Made by a program: the position numbers and the translations under genes. The notes below the pieces were generated by a model. That model saw nothing but the letters and a program-made list of their open reading frames with translations, did no database searches and was not told the origin of the DNA. This document shows positions 1 to 9,036 of a DNA stretch of 64,000 bases, in pieces (positions within the stretch are counted from its first letter, which is position 1; every line of letters begins with the position of its first letter). The DNA is from Bacteroidales bacterium (GTDB taxonomy: Bacteria > Bacteroidota > Bacteroidia > Bacteroidales > Bacteroidaceae): assembly GCA_015060905.1 (NCBI GenBank), contig SUXQ01000008.1, positions 4,674-68,673 of the forward strand. Direction: 5' to 3'.

Positions 1-953
1 CGAATAAGCGTTTCGCGACGAGCAGGAGCCTTCTCGGCACGCAAAATAGTTACCATAGAGTCGCCACCGGCAATATTGCCACTGCCTATCGACTCATAAA
101 TCAATTCCCAATTTCTACCACCGTCGATAATCTCAAAGACCGAATCGGGAAGGTTACAATGATACTTCAGCTTGTCGCGCAAAGAGCTTGAACGTTTAGC
201 ACCCAAATTATTGATATTCCTTTCACTATTATCCGGCGAAGAGTACCCTACAAGTTGCACAACCTCTATCTGTGCCAACGAATCGGCAACCATCGAGGAG
301 ATAAGATTGGCAAGAGTGTCTATAAGATTGCCATTCTGCATGTAAGCATTTTCCAGCACATAGCTTGCCGGACGATAATTCACAGCAAAAGGACTTTCAT
401 TATAAGGTGGAATATTATTTTCGTCAAGCGGCTGATAATACCTCATGGGCAAAATGCAACGATGGCGATAGGCCACACGGTCGGCATTTGTAAGCGCATC
501 GTTTACACGATGGCAGCTCAGTGGCGAGGTCTCGGGAAGATAAATGTAAAAGGAATCACTCTCGGAAAGAATCCCTTTCTTGTTCTGCACCGTACAGTTT
601 GTAACAGCAATCATACTGTCACCTACCATAGTTTCGGGAATAACCATCGTGCAACGCACCATTCCCGGAGACGAAAGAACAGGCGTATAACCATACTTCT
701 TTAAAAATGCTTTTCGATACTTTTTACCCTGGAAACACTTTGTCGTATCGCTCACACAAGTATCGGAGCAACAAACACTGCTCGTCAGCAGTAACTGTTC
801 ATTATCAGGAATATCATCCACAAAATAACTCATGGTTATGTGCCAACTGCTATCACTGTGCACAGCTGTATAATTATCGGGAACAATAATGCGTGCGTGT
901 AACGCAGCAGTCATCATCAGCAAAAATAAAAAAAAGACTCTCTTTCGTTTCAT
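1..953 (-). CDS. Pilus-locus outer-membrane protein, N-terminal part (DUF3868-like N-terminus plus OmpA-like motif); 3' end lies beyond the window
   Basis: Minus-strand frame is open from the ATG at 953-951 to the window edge; it is absent from the ORF track because it is truncated. My translation starts MKRKRVFFLFLLMMTAALHA (signal peptide). It contains ...VVQLVGYSSPDNSERNINNLGAKRSSSLRDKL...GGRNWE..., the same OmpA-like motif layout as the 9033-10289 product. Confidence 0.6.
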   Translation of the reverse strand, partial: MKRKRVFFLFLLMMTAALHARIIVPDNYTAVHSDSSWHITMSYFVDDIPDNEQLLLTSSVCCSDTCVSDTTKCFQGKKYRKAFLKKYGYTPVLSSPGMVRCTMVIPETMVGDSMIAVTNCTVQNKKGILSESDSFYIYLPETSPLSCHRVNDALTNADRVAYRHRCILPMRYYQPLDENNIPPYNESPFAVNYRPASYVLENAYMQNGNLIDTLANLISSMVADSLAQIEVVQLVGYSSPDNSERNINNLGAKRSSSLRDKLKYHCNLPDSVFEIIDGGRNWELIYESIGSGNIAGGDSMVTILRAEKAPARRETLI

Positions 954-1069
954 ATAAGGTCAATTTGTCAGTTTATAAATATTTTCCCTATACAACGAAT
1001 GTAGCCCCCGGATGTTCCCGAAAGCTACATTGTTTATCCTTATTTTCCTATTTTTAACGTCAAAAACTC

Positions 1070-4000
1070 TTACGGTTGAATATCCTTCACATAACGAATA
1101 TAGTGCGTAGCATTATTACCCAAAGTCACACGGTCATTATAAATAGACCACGAATAGAAGTGCTCTCCATTTACATAGTCATATCTATTGCCATGATAAC
1201 CAAAAGAGTAGTAATTACTTACAAGGGTACCACTATTATTATTCCACCAATCAGTATCGTCACTGCAATAAAGGTGCATAATAACGCCCTCGCGCAGATT
1301 AGGCACGCGGTATCCATCGGGAGCGGGCGAATCACCCCTTTCTAATTCGGCTTTCAATACATTATACGCCGGATTGGTTGTAGTGTACTGCTGCAACACA
1401 CCCGTCTCAAAGCCATCATATACACGTGCCAAAGTACTATATTCATCATCCGGCACAAGTTCGTGCGTGGTGTAATACGCACGAAGAGACTCTTTATTCA
1501 TGTTACGCATATCAAAGCGATACACCGAATTTCGATTAATCGTCCCCGTAGGACGTTCCACATTGACAAGCAGATCCTCGGGATAATTTTCTCCTGCAAT
1601 ACATATATTTTCAGGAGTTGCGACCTCCATGCCTAAATTTCTCACACAACGCACAGGCGAATATCCGGGTTTACCCCAATGCACTTGATATTCTCCGGTA
1701 GAGGCACCCTCCTCGGCCCATACAATGGTGGGAGTATTACCCGCAGTTTGCAACCATGCTGTGCTGCTTACCACATGCAATCGCCAGGGGAACACCCCAT
1801 TAAAGACTCCACCGACAACAGGAGTATTCGGTTCGCGACTGGCCTCGATGGGATATAACTGAGCATCGGTACTAAGCCCTTGGTCACCAATAAAAAGGCC
1901 ACAAAGCTGGTCGAGCGAAGCTATATACCAACGTAATTCATCGGGGTCGATAATAGTATCTCCGTCAAGGTCGCGGTTACGTAGTAGTACTGAATACAAG
2001 CCGGACATATATTCATCTTTAAGCTTCAGGTCATTCTCGCTATAATCAATATAGGTATCCCAACGCAAAGTTGAATTTATATTTTTATTCGCCCCCGTAC
2101 CACTCACCAAATTTATCAGACACGCTGTATTGTAAAGTCCATCGGTTTTTGATGTATTGTCGGGAGTGTATGCAGGCTTATGCGCATTAGTTAAATTTCC
2201 GAGGCGTTCATCGGGGTGATAGAACCACGCCATATTTTCTGTTTCATCCTTCGTCTCACATCCCCAAGCCTTATCCAAATCTGTTCGGTCCTGACTAATA
2301 TTGTATGGCGTTTGTATTGAATTTTGACGAATTGTAAGAATACTTCCCGTTACAGAGCTATCGTCATCGGCACTGCGATTGTTCTTGCAAAGAATGTGCA
2401 TAAGACGATTGGGCTGATTAACAAATTTTTTCCATAGTATGTCGGGGTCGTTGGGATTCATAGGGTTCGTCTCGTAGTAGAATTCATCTACAAATACTGT
2501 AAATTTCATTTCGCCATTCTTGTCGAAGAGGCTCTCTTTACCCTCTCTCCACGCAGCGACCTCGCTTTTTACCATATTGAGCATTTCTATAACAGTAAGC
2601 AATCTACTGTTATCTGCCGGGTACAGTTGGTTGCTATCCGAATATTTATTATCACCCGACACTTTATCATTAAGCATAAATTCTACCCATTTATAGTCGA
2701 GGTCGTTGTAAATTTCTTGTCCGGAATCATCTTTTAAAGGAATACCTTCGCGACCGAAAGGTGTACGAACATACCAGGTCATGTTATCTATGTCTACTTC
2801 GGAAGCACGGATAGTATATACTCGCTGACCATAGTGAGCATCGAATGTATAAATATCCTCCTCGGCCTCGTACAGATGACCCATAGCACCGGGCTGGTCC
2901 TCGGTTATTCCATCGAGATTGTCGTTTGAGGTATCAACCTCAACCTCTATTTTATCGACACCCTTGATGTTAATGGTATATTTGTAATGTGTGTTACGCA
3001 GTACATCATAATTATCTTTATCGGTGGCAAAATCGCCTAAATGCACATAATAGGTAACGTCGGCTATGAGATGCTGTTCACTTGTCAATCCCGGATCGAC
3101 AATCATTTTAAGCTCTCCTTTGATAATTATATATGTAGCAAGTTCGGGAGCATATTCCCACAGTCCGTTATCGTTATTATACGACCCGTCGGCATTTTTA
3201 TTTCTGCGGTCGCGATGGTGATAATTACCATCGACACTCTTTTTTAAATTCGATGAGCATTTATTCTCTAAGGTGTAGAAAGAAAAACCATGTAATACAC
3301 CACCTGTGGCATCACCATCGACAACCTCGTTCTTTGTTGTCTCAAAATTTTTGGGGCTGAGGTTGAAGTACGAATCCTCGACCAATTGCAATGGAATGTC
3401 ATTAGATACAAGATGTGAACTTTTGGGTAAATTTATCACCTGCCACGATTCCGGGGTAAATTCCTCAACCTGCTGATTATCATGTTCTTCATTGGGATTT
3501 ATACGCACATTCACCTCAACTTTTGCATCTAAACGGTGAAGCATAATTTTCCCACCGGGCACAGTAATATCTCCGTTAGTAGATATACTGACATTATTCA
3601 CGCTGCCCGTCATCATAAAATATCCGGCGTTACGGTCGGGAATCTCTTGATTAAGAGAAACCACTAATTCATTAAGATCGCTTTTTGTACGCACAAGCCC
3701 CAAACGCTCTTGCGAAATATTCATAAAGTCGAGGTCGATATTAGCAATCAATACAATCTCGGCATTTGTCGAAACGCTTGGCAGACTCATGTGCAGCGTT
3801 CCATTTGTCTGAACGGCTGTATTGCTCGACGACATATTATTTACCGTCCAATATTCTTTGTCGGTTGTCCTATCAAGGTTACTTTCATCAAAGTAGCGAC
3901 CGTATATCTTATTACTGTTTGCAAAGACAAACACGTACATATTACGTACCATCGACTCATAGTGAAGGTCGTATGTGGTACGGGTTTTTATCTCTATCTG

Positions 4001-4144
4001 CTCACTGTCAGTGGCACCAAAATTAAGAACAACATCGACAGGTTTGCCCACAACGCCAAAATGTATTAATTCATCGTCGGTGCAAGCCGTTAGTAACAGA
4101 CAGCCGTATGCTATAAGTATGCTTTTTATTAACCAATCCTTCAT
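1070..4144 (-). CDS. Large type V pilus tip/accessory adhesin lipoprotein (Mfa-like N-terminal pilin region, DUF4906-like middle, two DUF1566/Lcl-like C-terminal modules)
   Basis: 1024 aa ORF with ATG start and lipobox LLLTAC|T. An EIKTR|T Arg site lies about 34 aa after the Cys. It is the last gene of a tightly spaced minus-strand operon. C-terminal motifs LRWYIASLDQL...VRCVRN and YRVPNLREGV...IRYVKD. Confidence 0.7.
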   Translation of the reverse strand: MKDWLIKSILIAYGCLLLTACTDDELIHFGVVGKPVDVVLNFGATDSEQIEIKTRTTYDLHYESMVRNMYVFVFANSNKIYGRYFDESNLDRTTDKEYWTVNNMSSSNTAVQTNGTLHMSLPSVSTNAEIVLIANIDLDFMNISQERLGLVRTKSDLNELVVSLNQEIPDRNAGYFMMTGSVNNVSISTNGDITVPGGKIMLHRLDAKVEVNVRINPNEEHDNQQVEEFTPESWQVINLPKSSHLVSNDIPLQLVEDSYFNLSPKNFETTKNEVVDGDATGGVLHGFSFYTLENKCSSNLKKSVDGNYHHRDRRNKNADGSYNNDNGLWEYAPELATYIIIKGELKMIVDPGLTSEQHLIADVTYYVHLGDFATDKDNYDVLRNTHYKYTINIKGVDKIEVEVDTSNDNLDGITEDQPGAMGHLYEAEEDIYTFDAHYGQRVYTIRASEVDIDNMTWYVRTPFGREGIPLKDDSGQEIYNDLDYKWVEFMLNDKVSGDNKYSDSNQLYPADNSRLLTVIEMLNMVKSEVAAWREGKESLFDKNGEMKFTVFVDEFYYETNPMNPNDPDILWKKFVNQPNRLMHILCKNNRSADDDSSVTGSILTIRQNSIQTPYNISQDRTDLDKAWGCETKDETENMAWFYHPDERLGNLTNAHKPAYTPDNTSKTDGLYNTACLINLVSGTGANKNINSTLRWDTYIDYSENDLKLKDEYMSGLYSVLLRNRDLDGDTIIDPDELRWYIASLDQLCGLFIGDQGLSTDAQLYPIEASREPNTPVVGGVFNGVFPWRLHVVSSTAWLQTAGNTPTIVWAEEGASTGEYQVHWGKPGYSPVRCVRNLGMEVATPENICIAGENYPEDLLVNVERPTGTINRNSVYRFDMRNMNKESLRAYYTTHELVPDDEYSTLARVYDGFETGVLQQYTTTNPAYNVLKAELERGDSPAPDGYRVPNLREGVIMHLYCSDDTDWWNNNSGTLVSNYYSFGYHGNRYDYVNGEHFYSWSIYNDRVTLGNNATHYIRYVKDIQP

Positions 4145-4156
4145 GTTCCTCCTATT

Positions 4157-5698
4157 TTAATCGAATGTTACATCGCCGTTTACTTCGTTCCAATCTGAAA
4201 CTTCAAACTCGAGATTACCAGTTTTTTCGTTATATGTAACATTTACCAATATCTCTATAAAGTCGTTGCGACGAATGGCCGTAAGGGGAGAAGCCTCTCC
4301 TGAATTTTTGTCTATAATATTTATAGGAATAGTCTCCTCGTGTTCAATTTCCGCTACTTTGGATTCCTTAGTTACCTTATATAGATAAAAATTACGACGA
4401 TTTTGGTTTCTGCTCGAGTTATGTCCGCATACAGTGCTGCCGTTCACCGAAAGATAATAATTAAAATTACTGTCCCTGAAACGAATATAGCTGCCGCTTG
4501 TGCTTGGACTGAAATAATCCGAGGAGCCCGGATTAACTGTCAATGGTACACGACTGCCGTTTATTCCCGAACTTTGCATGAAATAGCCTGTCGCGCCCAT
4601 TGATTCTATCGTAAACATATTTGAGCCTTGATAGGCGCGGGTAAACTTCCAAACATAATTATGGTTCAGCTCCCCATTAGTGAGGTAAGAGGTTCCCGAA
4701 CCTACACTGTTGCCATTTGCGTAAAGATATCTTCCGGAATTTGTATTATAAATAACATACATTCCTTCATCTATTAAACCGGCATTGTTTATTGCAGTGG
4801 TATTGACAGAATAAACCTCTTCGGAGTCTCCTTCGTACTTCAATCCTAATGTGTAGCTGTAATTTCCTCCTGTACTTTCAAGAAGATAGGAATCGAAAAT
4901 AGTCTGCTCGGAAACACCCCCTGAACTTGTAATCTTTTCTATTACCTTATTCTGAACAAAAGGTGTAATTGCATCAGACGATGTTACCACAGGCGAGACA
5001 TTGGCCGTACCCCCTTCAGCGAAAAGGTCGGCACTCTGCTGTGTGAACTTTTGCGCAAGGCTGAAATTTTCGATAGTAAGGTTGCTGAGCGAACTTTGAT
5101 TGCGTACGTTAATGCGCAGTCGAGCGTATGTCCTTAGCAATTCGCCACTGACAGTGTTTACTCCGGGTGTCAGGCTTATGTTTTTTTTCAATGTTAGCGG
5201 ATAGGGTGTACGGTGGTTGCACATATTGTTGCCCGAGGATGTTACCCGCAGGCCACTTGTCACATTATCCTCGGTAACATTGGAAAGGTTACCCGTAAGC
5301 CCTGCGTAGTTGCCATAGTTTGCCACGGCATAAAGCTCGTAGCTTTTGCTATAGTCAAGATTGGTGAAGCTGACGGTAGCCTCGGTGTTTGCGTTAGCGA
5401 ATCGCGGGTCGTCGGCCTCGAGTACAGTAGAAGAGGCCACTCTGTTACCATCGAGAATAAACACTGCAAGGCGATACATCTTGCGACCATCAACAAATAG
5501 TTCCTCCTCGCTGACAGTGCCATCGTCGTCAAGGTCCTCGACGCCGCGTGTTCTTATTGTATTTTCCGAGCTTTTAATGGTAAGATGAAGCGAAGCACCA
5601 CCCTCGGGGTGGGGAAAATCATTATTACTGCACGCCACCCACAGCAGCATGGCACACAGCAACAACATATTTCGTAATATATTCATTTTCATCAACAT
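4157..5698 (-). CDS. Fimbrillin-like type V pilus subunit lipoprotein with an internal beta-trefoil-like (lectin-like) insertion
   Basis: 513 aa ORF with lipobox LWVAC|S and an NTIRTR|G Arg site. C-terminal ...EFEVSDWNEVNGDVTFD tail resembles the other subunits. 12 nt gap to the next gene. Confidence 0.7.
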   Translation of the reverse strand: MLMKMNILRNMLLLCAMLLWVACSNNDFPHPEGGASLHLTIKSSENTIRTRGVEDLDDDGTVSEEELFVDGRKMYRLAVFILDGNRVASSTVLEADDPRFANANTEATVSFTNLDYSKSYELYAVANYGNYAGLTGNLSNVTEDNVTSGLRVTSSGNNMCNHRTPYPLTLKKNISLTPGVNTVSGELLRTYARLRINVRNQSSLSNLTIENFSLAQKFTQQSADLFAEGGTANVSPVVTSSDAITPFVQNKVIEKITSSGGVSEQTIFDSYLLESTGGNYSYTLGLKYEGDSEEVYSVNTTAINNAGLIDEGMYVIYNTNSGRYLYANGNSVGSGTSYLTNGELNHNYVWKFTRAYQGSNMFTIESMGATGYFMQSSGINGSRVPLTVNPGSSDYFSPSTSGSYIRFRDSNFNYYLSVNGSTVCGHNSSRNQNRRNFYLYKVTKESKVAEIEHEETIPINIIDKNSGEASPLTAIRRNDFIEILVNVTYNEKTGNLEFEVSDWNEVNGDVTFD

Positions 5699-5701
5699 CG
5701 C

Positions 5702-6769
5702 TTATAATGTAATATCGTGGCTCGAGTCAATATGGTTCCAAGGAGCAATTTTTAGATTAACAGTAACCTCGGAGCCTCGTATTTCGAGCATATATGTATA
5801 TTTATGTCCATCTTCATAAGTGATGGCCGGAATATTCACCGAAAAGACCTGTGCACCGGCATTTTTCAGTGTATAGCAGAATTGCAGTGTCCCCTCTTTT
5901 ACTGTCTGAGGAACGAACAGCAACCAACCATCGTTGCGTGTATATTCTTCTCCTTGCAGCCCATCGTTGGCTGTGTAGAGTGTATTTTCGTAGTTAAAGC
6001 TTACCCCCTGATGTTTCCACACATACATGGGTGCCACCGACGACTCGTAAGGGTACCATATAATGTCGGGCGCAGCGTTGCCCGAGTGTACCAGATACCC
6101 CGAGGGTGAGAAAAGGTTAGTGGCATTATTTTTATTTTGCAACCAGCAAGATGTTACAACCTCGCCGACAGCGGGCACAAATCCATCAACAGCCCTTACC
6201 TTGAACATGACAGCGGCAAAAATGTGCTGCATATGAAGTTTAACAGGCTCGGATAATCTTGCGGTTCTTGTATCGACCTGCGTTGCAGCAACCAAAAGGT
6301 CCTCTTGCAGCGTCAAAGTATTTATGGGGCCACCCTGCATCATGGTAGCATCCATCTGTGTCATTAGGCTTGTCATCAGCTTTTGCGGATAACAGGCACG
6401 AAAATCGTATACAGCCTGCGACTCCCAATAGCGAGCCTCGCCCGGATAGTTCCAGTTGTATGTTTCGGGGCTGAAAGTAAGAGGAGTGGCTATAAATTCT
6501 TTGTAAGTTGTATTTTGTCCGTTGGTGTTTACGCTATAATCCCCCCATACACCAACAGTCTCGTTGGAACCGTTTGCGAGCGGAGTACACGACGTTTGCA
6601 GCAGGTTATTATTAACCAATGCTCGTGTATTTTCCGGTACAATATTCCAGCTTATGGGGTAGCGACGAACCGGTTCCGGCTCGGGAAGCAGAAAATCTGC
6701 TTCCCGAGCACAACCGGCGATAGTCAGTAACGCTGTCAGGAATAAATATGTACGACAGAGTTTTTTCAT
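5702..6769 (-). CDS. Fimbrillin-family type V pilus subunit lipoprotein
   Basis: 355 aa ORF with lipobox TIAGC|A and an ENTR|A site. C-terminal YTYMLEIRG...IAPWNHID motif. 3 nt gap to the downstream gene. Confidence 0.75.
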   Translation of the reverse strand: MKKLCRTYLFLTALLTIAGCAREADFLLPEPEPVRRYPISWNIVPENTRALVNNNLLQTSCTPLANGSNETVGVWGDYSVNTNGQNTTYKEFIATPLTFSPETYNWNYPGEARYWESQAVYDFRACYPQKLMTSLMTQMDATMMQGGPINTLTLQEDLLVAATQVDTRTARLSEPVKLHMQHIFAAVMFKVRAVDGFVPAVGEVVTSCWLQNKNNATNLFSPSGYLVHSGNAAPDIIWYPYESSVAPMYVWKHQGVSFNYENTLYTANDGLQGEEYTRNDGWLLFVPQTVKEGTLQFCYTLKNAGAQVFSVNIPAITYEDGHKYTYMLEIRGSEVTVNLKIAPWNHIDSSHDITL

Positions 6770-6795
6770 TCTAAACTATTTTACAAACAATTAGA

Positions 6796-7890
6796 TTACT
6801 GGATTGTGTAGATAAGTGTGGGAACAGGAAGCCAGTCTGTTGTTGTAGGCTCGAAGTAGATACGCTTGTTCTGGCCGAATGCTATACGGTAGATGTATCT
6901 TTTACCCATTTCCCATTCTGTAATTTTAGCACCACCCTCCTGAGCAAAGTCTGTGAGCTTGATAGTAGCAGTGTTCTCCATTACTTTCTTCAAAGTAGGA
7001 TCATCGGGGTTGGTAATCTTGTTGTACACAACAGTTATATATGCCTCGGCAGGTACAGCTTGGGGAATAAGCAACAAAGCAGACTCTTTCTGTGTAAACT
7101 GTGCGGGAACTGTTGTAACATCAACTTTGCCAGTTGCAGAGATGGTAGGTGTAAAGTCTGCCTCTGTAGCTGCTGCAGGATTTTCCCACTTAGCCACGCC
7201 AGACAACTTATCTGTTGCTTCATCAATATTCTGGTTGAAGTCTGCCTGCTGAATAAATTTTCCGTGAAGCTTTACTGAAGTAATCTCGTAGTTTACACTC
7301 TCATCCTCTTTCTCAGTTGAGAATACGATTGATGACAATGCGTGGTGGAATACCAAAGGTACAGCAGAAGAACCGTTGTTGTTCTTGTTTCTGTCAACTA
7401 CACGGTCAGAGTACATAAGGTCATATTGATCATTTGCACTAACTTCTGTCTTAAAGCCTTGAATCTGCAAACCTGCAGCAGTGTGTGATACAGTAGCACC
7501 GGCAGCAGCAGTGCCAAATGCTGCAGGAGAGTAAGCTGCAAATGCCAAATTGTAGTCAATCTCGGGCCAGTAGTAAACATTTTCTGTGTACCAATATTTA
7601 CTTTCATTACCCTGGTTCTTTGCTACATCACCAGCTGCCTGGAAGTAATCATCTGTACCAGTTTCCCATCCGGCTAAAGTACCTTTGTAAGATTTAGAGT
7701 AAACCTTAAAGTCCTCTCTGAAATCGTAAAGAGTACCGATAATTTCACCCTGTACATTTGCTCTTGTCTTCATCATGGCAGGAGCATCAAAGCGCATTAC
7801 CTGCGACTGGTTAGCCGCCGTAAAGTCCTCATTCTCGCAGCCTGTAAGTGCTACACATAACATAGCTGCACCAAATAACATCTTTTTCAT
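6796..7890 (-). CDS. Fimbrillin-family type V pilus subunit lipoprotein (candidate stalk subunit)
   Basis: 364 aa ORF with lipobox LTGC|E and an MMKTR|A site. C-terminal YIYRIAF...TTDWLPVP motif. Confidence 0.75.
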   Translation of the reverse strand: MKKMLFGAAMLCVALTGCENEDFTAANQSQVMRFDAPAMMKTRANVQGEIIGTLYDFREDFKVYSKSYKGTLAGWETGTDDYFQAAGDVAKNQGNESKYWYTENVYYWPEIDYNLAFAAYSPAAFGTAAAGATVSHTAAGLQIQGFKTEVSANDQYDLMYSDRVVDRNKNNNGSSAVPLVFHHALSSIVFSTEKEDESVNYEITSVKLHGKFIQQADFNQNIDEATDKLSGVAKWENPAAATEADFTPTISATGKVDVTTVPAQFTQKESALLLIPQAVPAEAYITVVYNKITNPDDPTLKKVMENTATIKLTDFAQEGGAKITEWEMGKRYIYRIAFGQNKRIYFEPTTTDWLPVPTLIYTIQ

Positions 7891-7947
7891 GTTAATAAAA
7901 ATTTAAAGGTTAATAAATAATTAGTTTTTTTGTTTCTATTTTAATAT

Positions 7948-9036
7948 TTAAATGGTTATTGTTCCTTCTATTTCGTCCCAGTCGCTTACACCGGGGGTCA
8001 TTCCTCCGCCGGTATCTTCACCGTTGGGCGGGTCTATTTTAATTACCTTGTCAATGATTATCCATTGTTTGTCCCTTACCTCGGGGGTATCGAACATGTC
8101 CGTTATTCTTAATGTCTCAGTCTGTATGGTGTTGTCTATGACGTTAAACTCGAATGTTATTTCCAGGTCATTTTCTTCGGCGGGCAGCTTGCCAAAGGTG
8201 TTGAACGTTGCATAAGCTACTGTGGCTAATGTTTGTTCGCCTGTTGCGCGGTTCCTCTCCAAGCCGTTGTTCAGGCCAAAGTAGACGCTTGTTACATCGT
8301 TCTCGACCATTTTACCATCGTACATCGTCTTTGAACCCGACATTCCCGAGAGCAGTGCTACAGCCGAACGTACATATTCCACGCCTACCACACTTATCTG
8401 CAGATAGTAGGTCTTTACTATTGTCTGGGCCACCGGGTGGGTATTTTGCTCGGTCATTATGGTGTCGGGGTGTCCTGTGTAGCTGTCCGAGGAAACCTCC
8501 ACACCCTCTACCTTTGCAACAAACAGGTGGTCGGGCTGTTTACAGATAATATCATCGTCCAATTCTCCACGCGAACCAAATATTCTGTTGGCCTCTTCCG
8601 ATGTTAGCGGCTTTGTGTAGGCGGTCATCGTTGAGTAGTCATTCTGGTTGCGTATTTTTGTATATTGCGTGTCGAAATTGTAGGCCATCATGTTGTATCG
8701 GCCGTCGGGCACGTTCAGCAATCCTTGTATATAGTAGCCTCGCTCGTCCTTACCGCTGTCGTGAAGGTAGCGTTCGGTTACTACCCTTCCGCTCGCTTCG
8801 TCGCAGAATACCACGCGCAGCATCTGCGGAGAATAATATTCGGGCTTTTTCTTTGTCTCGTCGTAAAAGCCATAGCTTACATTGCGTATATGCTCGTCAA
8901 TATAGACGCGGACAAAGGTATTCTCGGGAAGTTCCATCAATTCCAAAGGACGATGCTCGCAGCCCGAGCTGAACAACAGCACCAATATCCACACAAACGA
9001 AACGAGGGTGCGACGAGCGAACTTTTTACTGTTCAT
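7948..9036 (-). CDS. Pilus-locus lipoprotein, Mfa2/FimB anchor-like or DUF5119-like
   Basis: I moved the start to the internal ATG at 9036 (MNSKKFARRTLVSFVWILVLLFSSGC|E), giving an ATGA start/stop overlap with the upstream gene. C-terminal GVSDWDEIEGTITI tail. It sits second in the operon. Confidence 0.6.
   Translation of the reverse strand: MNSKKFARRTLVSFVWILVLLFSSGCEHRPLELMELPENTFVRVYIDEHIRNVSYGFYDETKKKPEYYSPQMLRVVFCDEASGRVVTERYLHDSGKDERGYYIQGLLNVPDGRYNMMAYNFDTQYTKIRNQNDYSTMTAYTKPLTSEEANRIFGSRGELDDDIICKQPDHLFVAKVEGVEVSSDSYTGHPDTIMTEQNTHPVAQTIVKTYYLQISVVGVEYVRSAVALLSGMSGSKTMYDGKMVENDVTSVYFGLNNGLERNRATGEQTLATVAYATFNTFGKLPAEENDLEITFEFNVIDNTIQTETLRITDMFDTPEVRDKQWIIIDKVIKIDPPNGEDTGGGMTPGVSDWDEIEGTITI

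Noticed and set aside
255-889. Plus-strand ORFs 255-704 and 707-889
   Set aside because: They are antisense to a coherent minus-strand gene (signal peptide plus OmpA-like motif) and have His/Arg/Cys-rich nonsense-like composition. The first also uses a non-ATG start.
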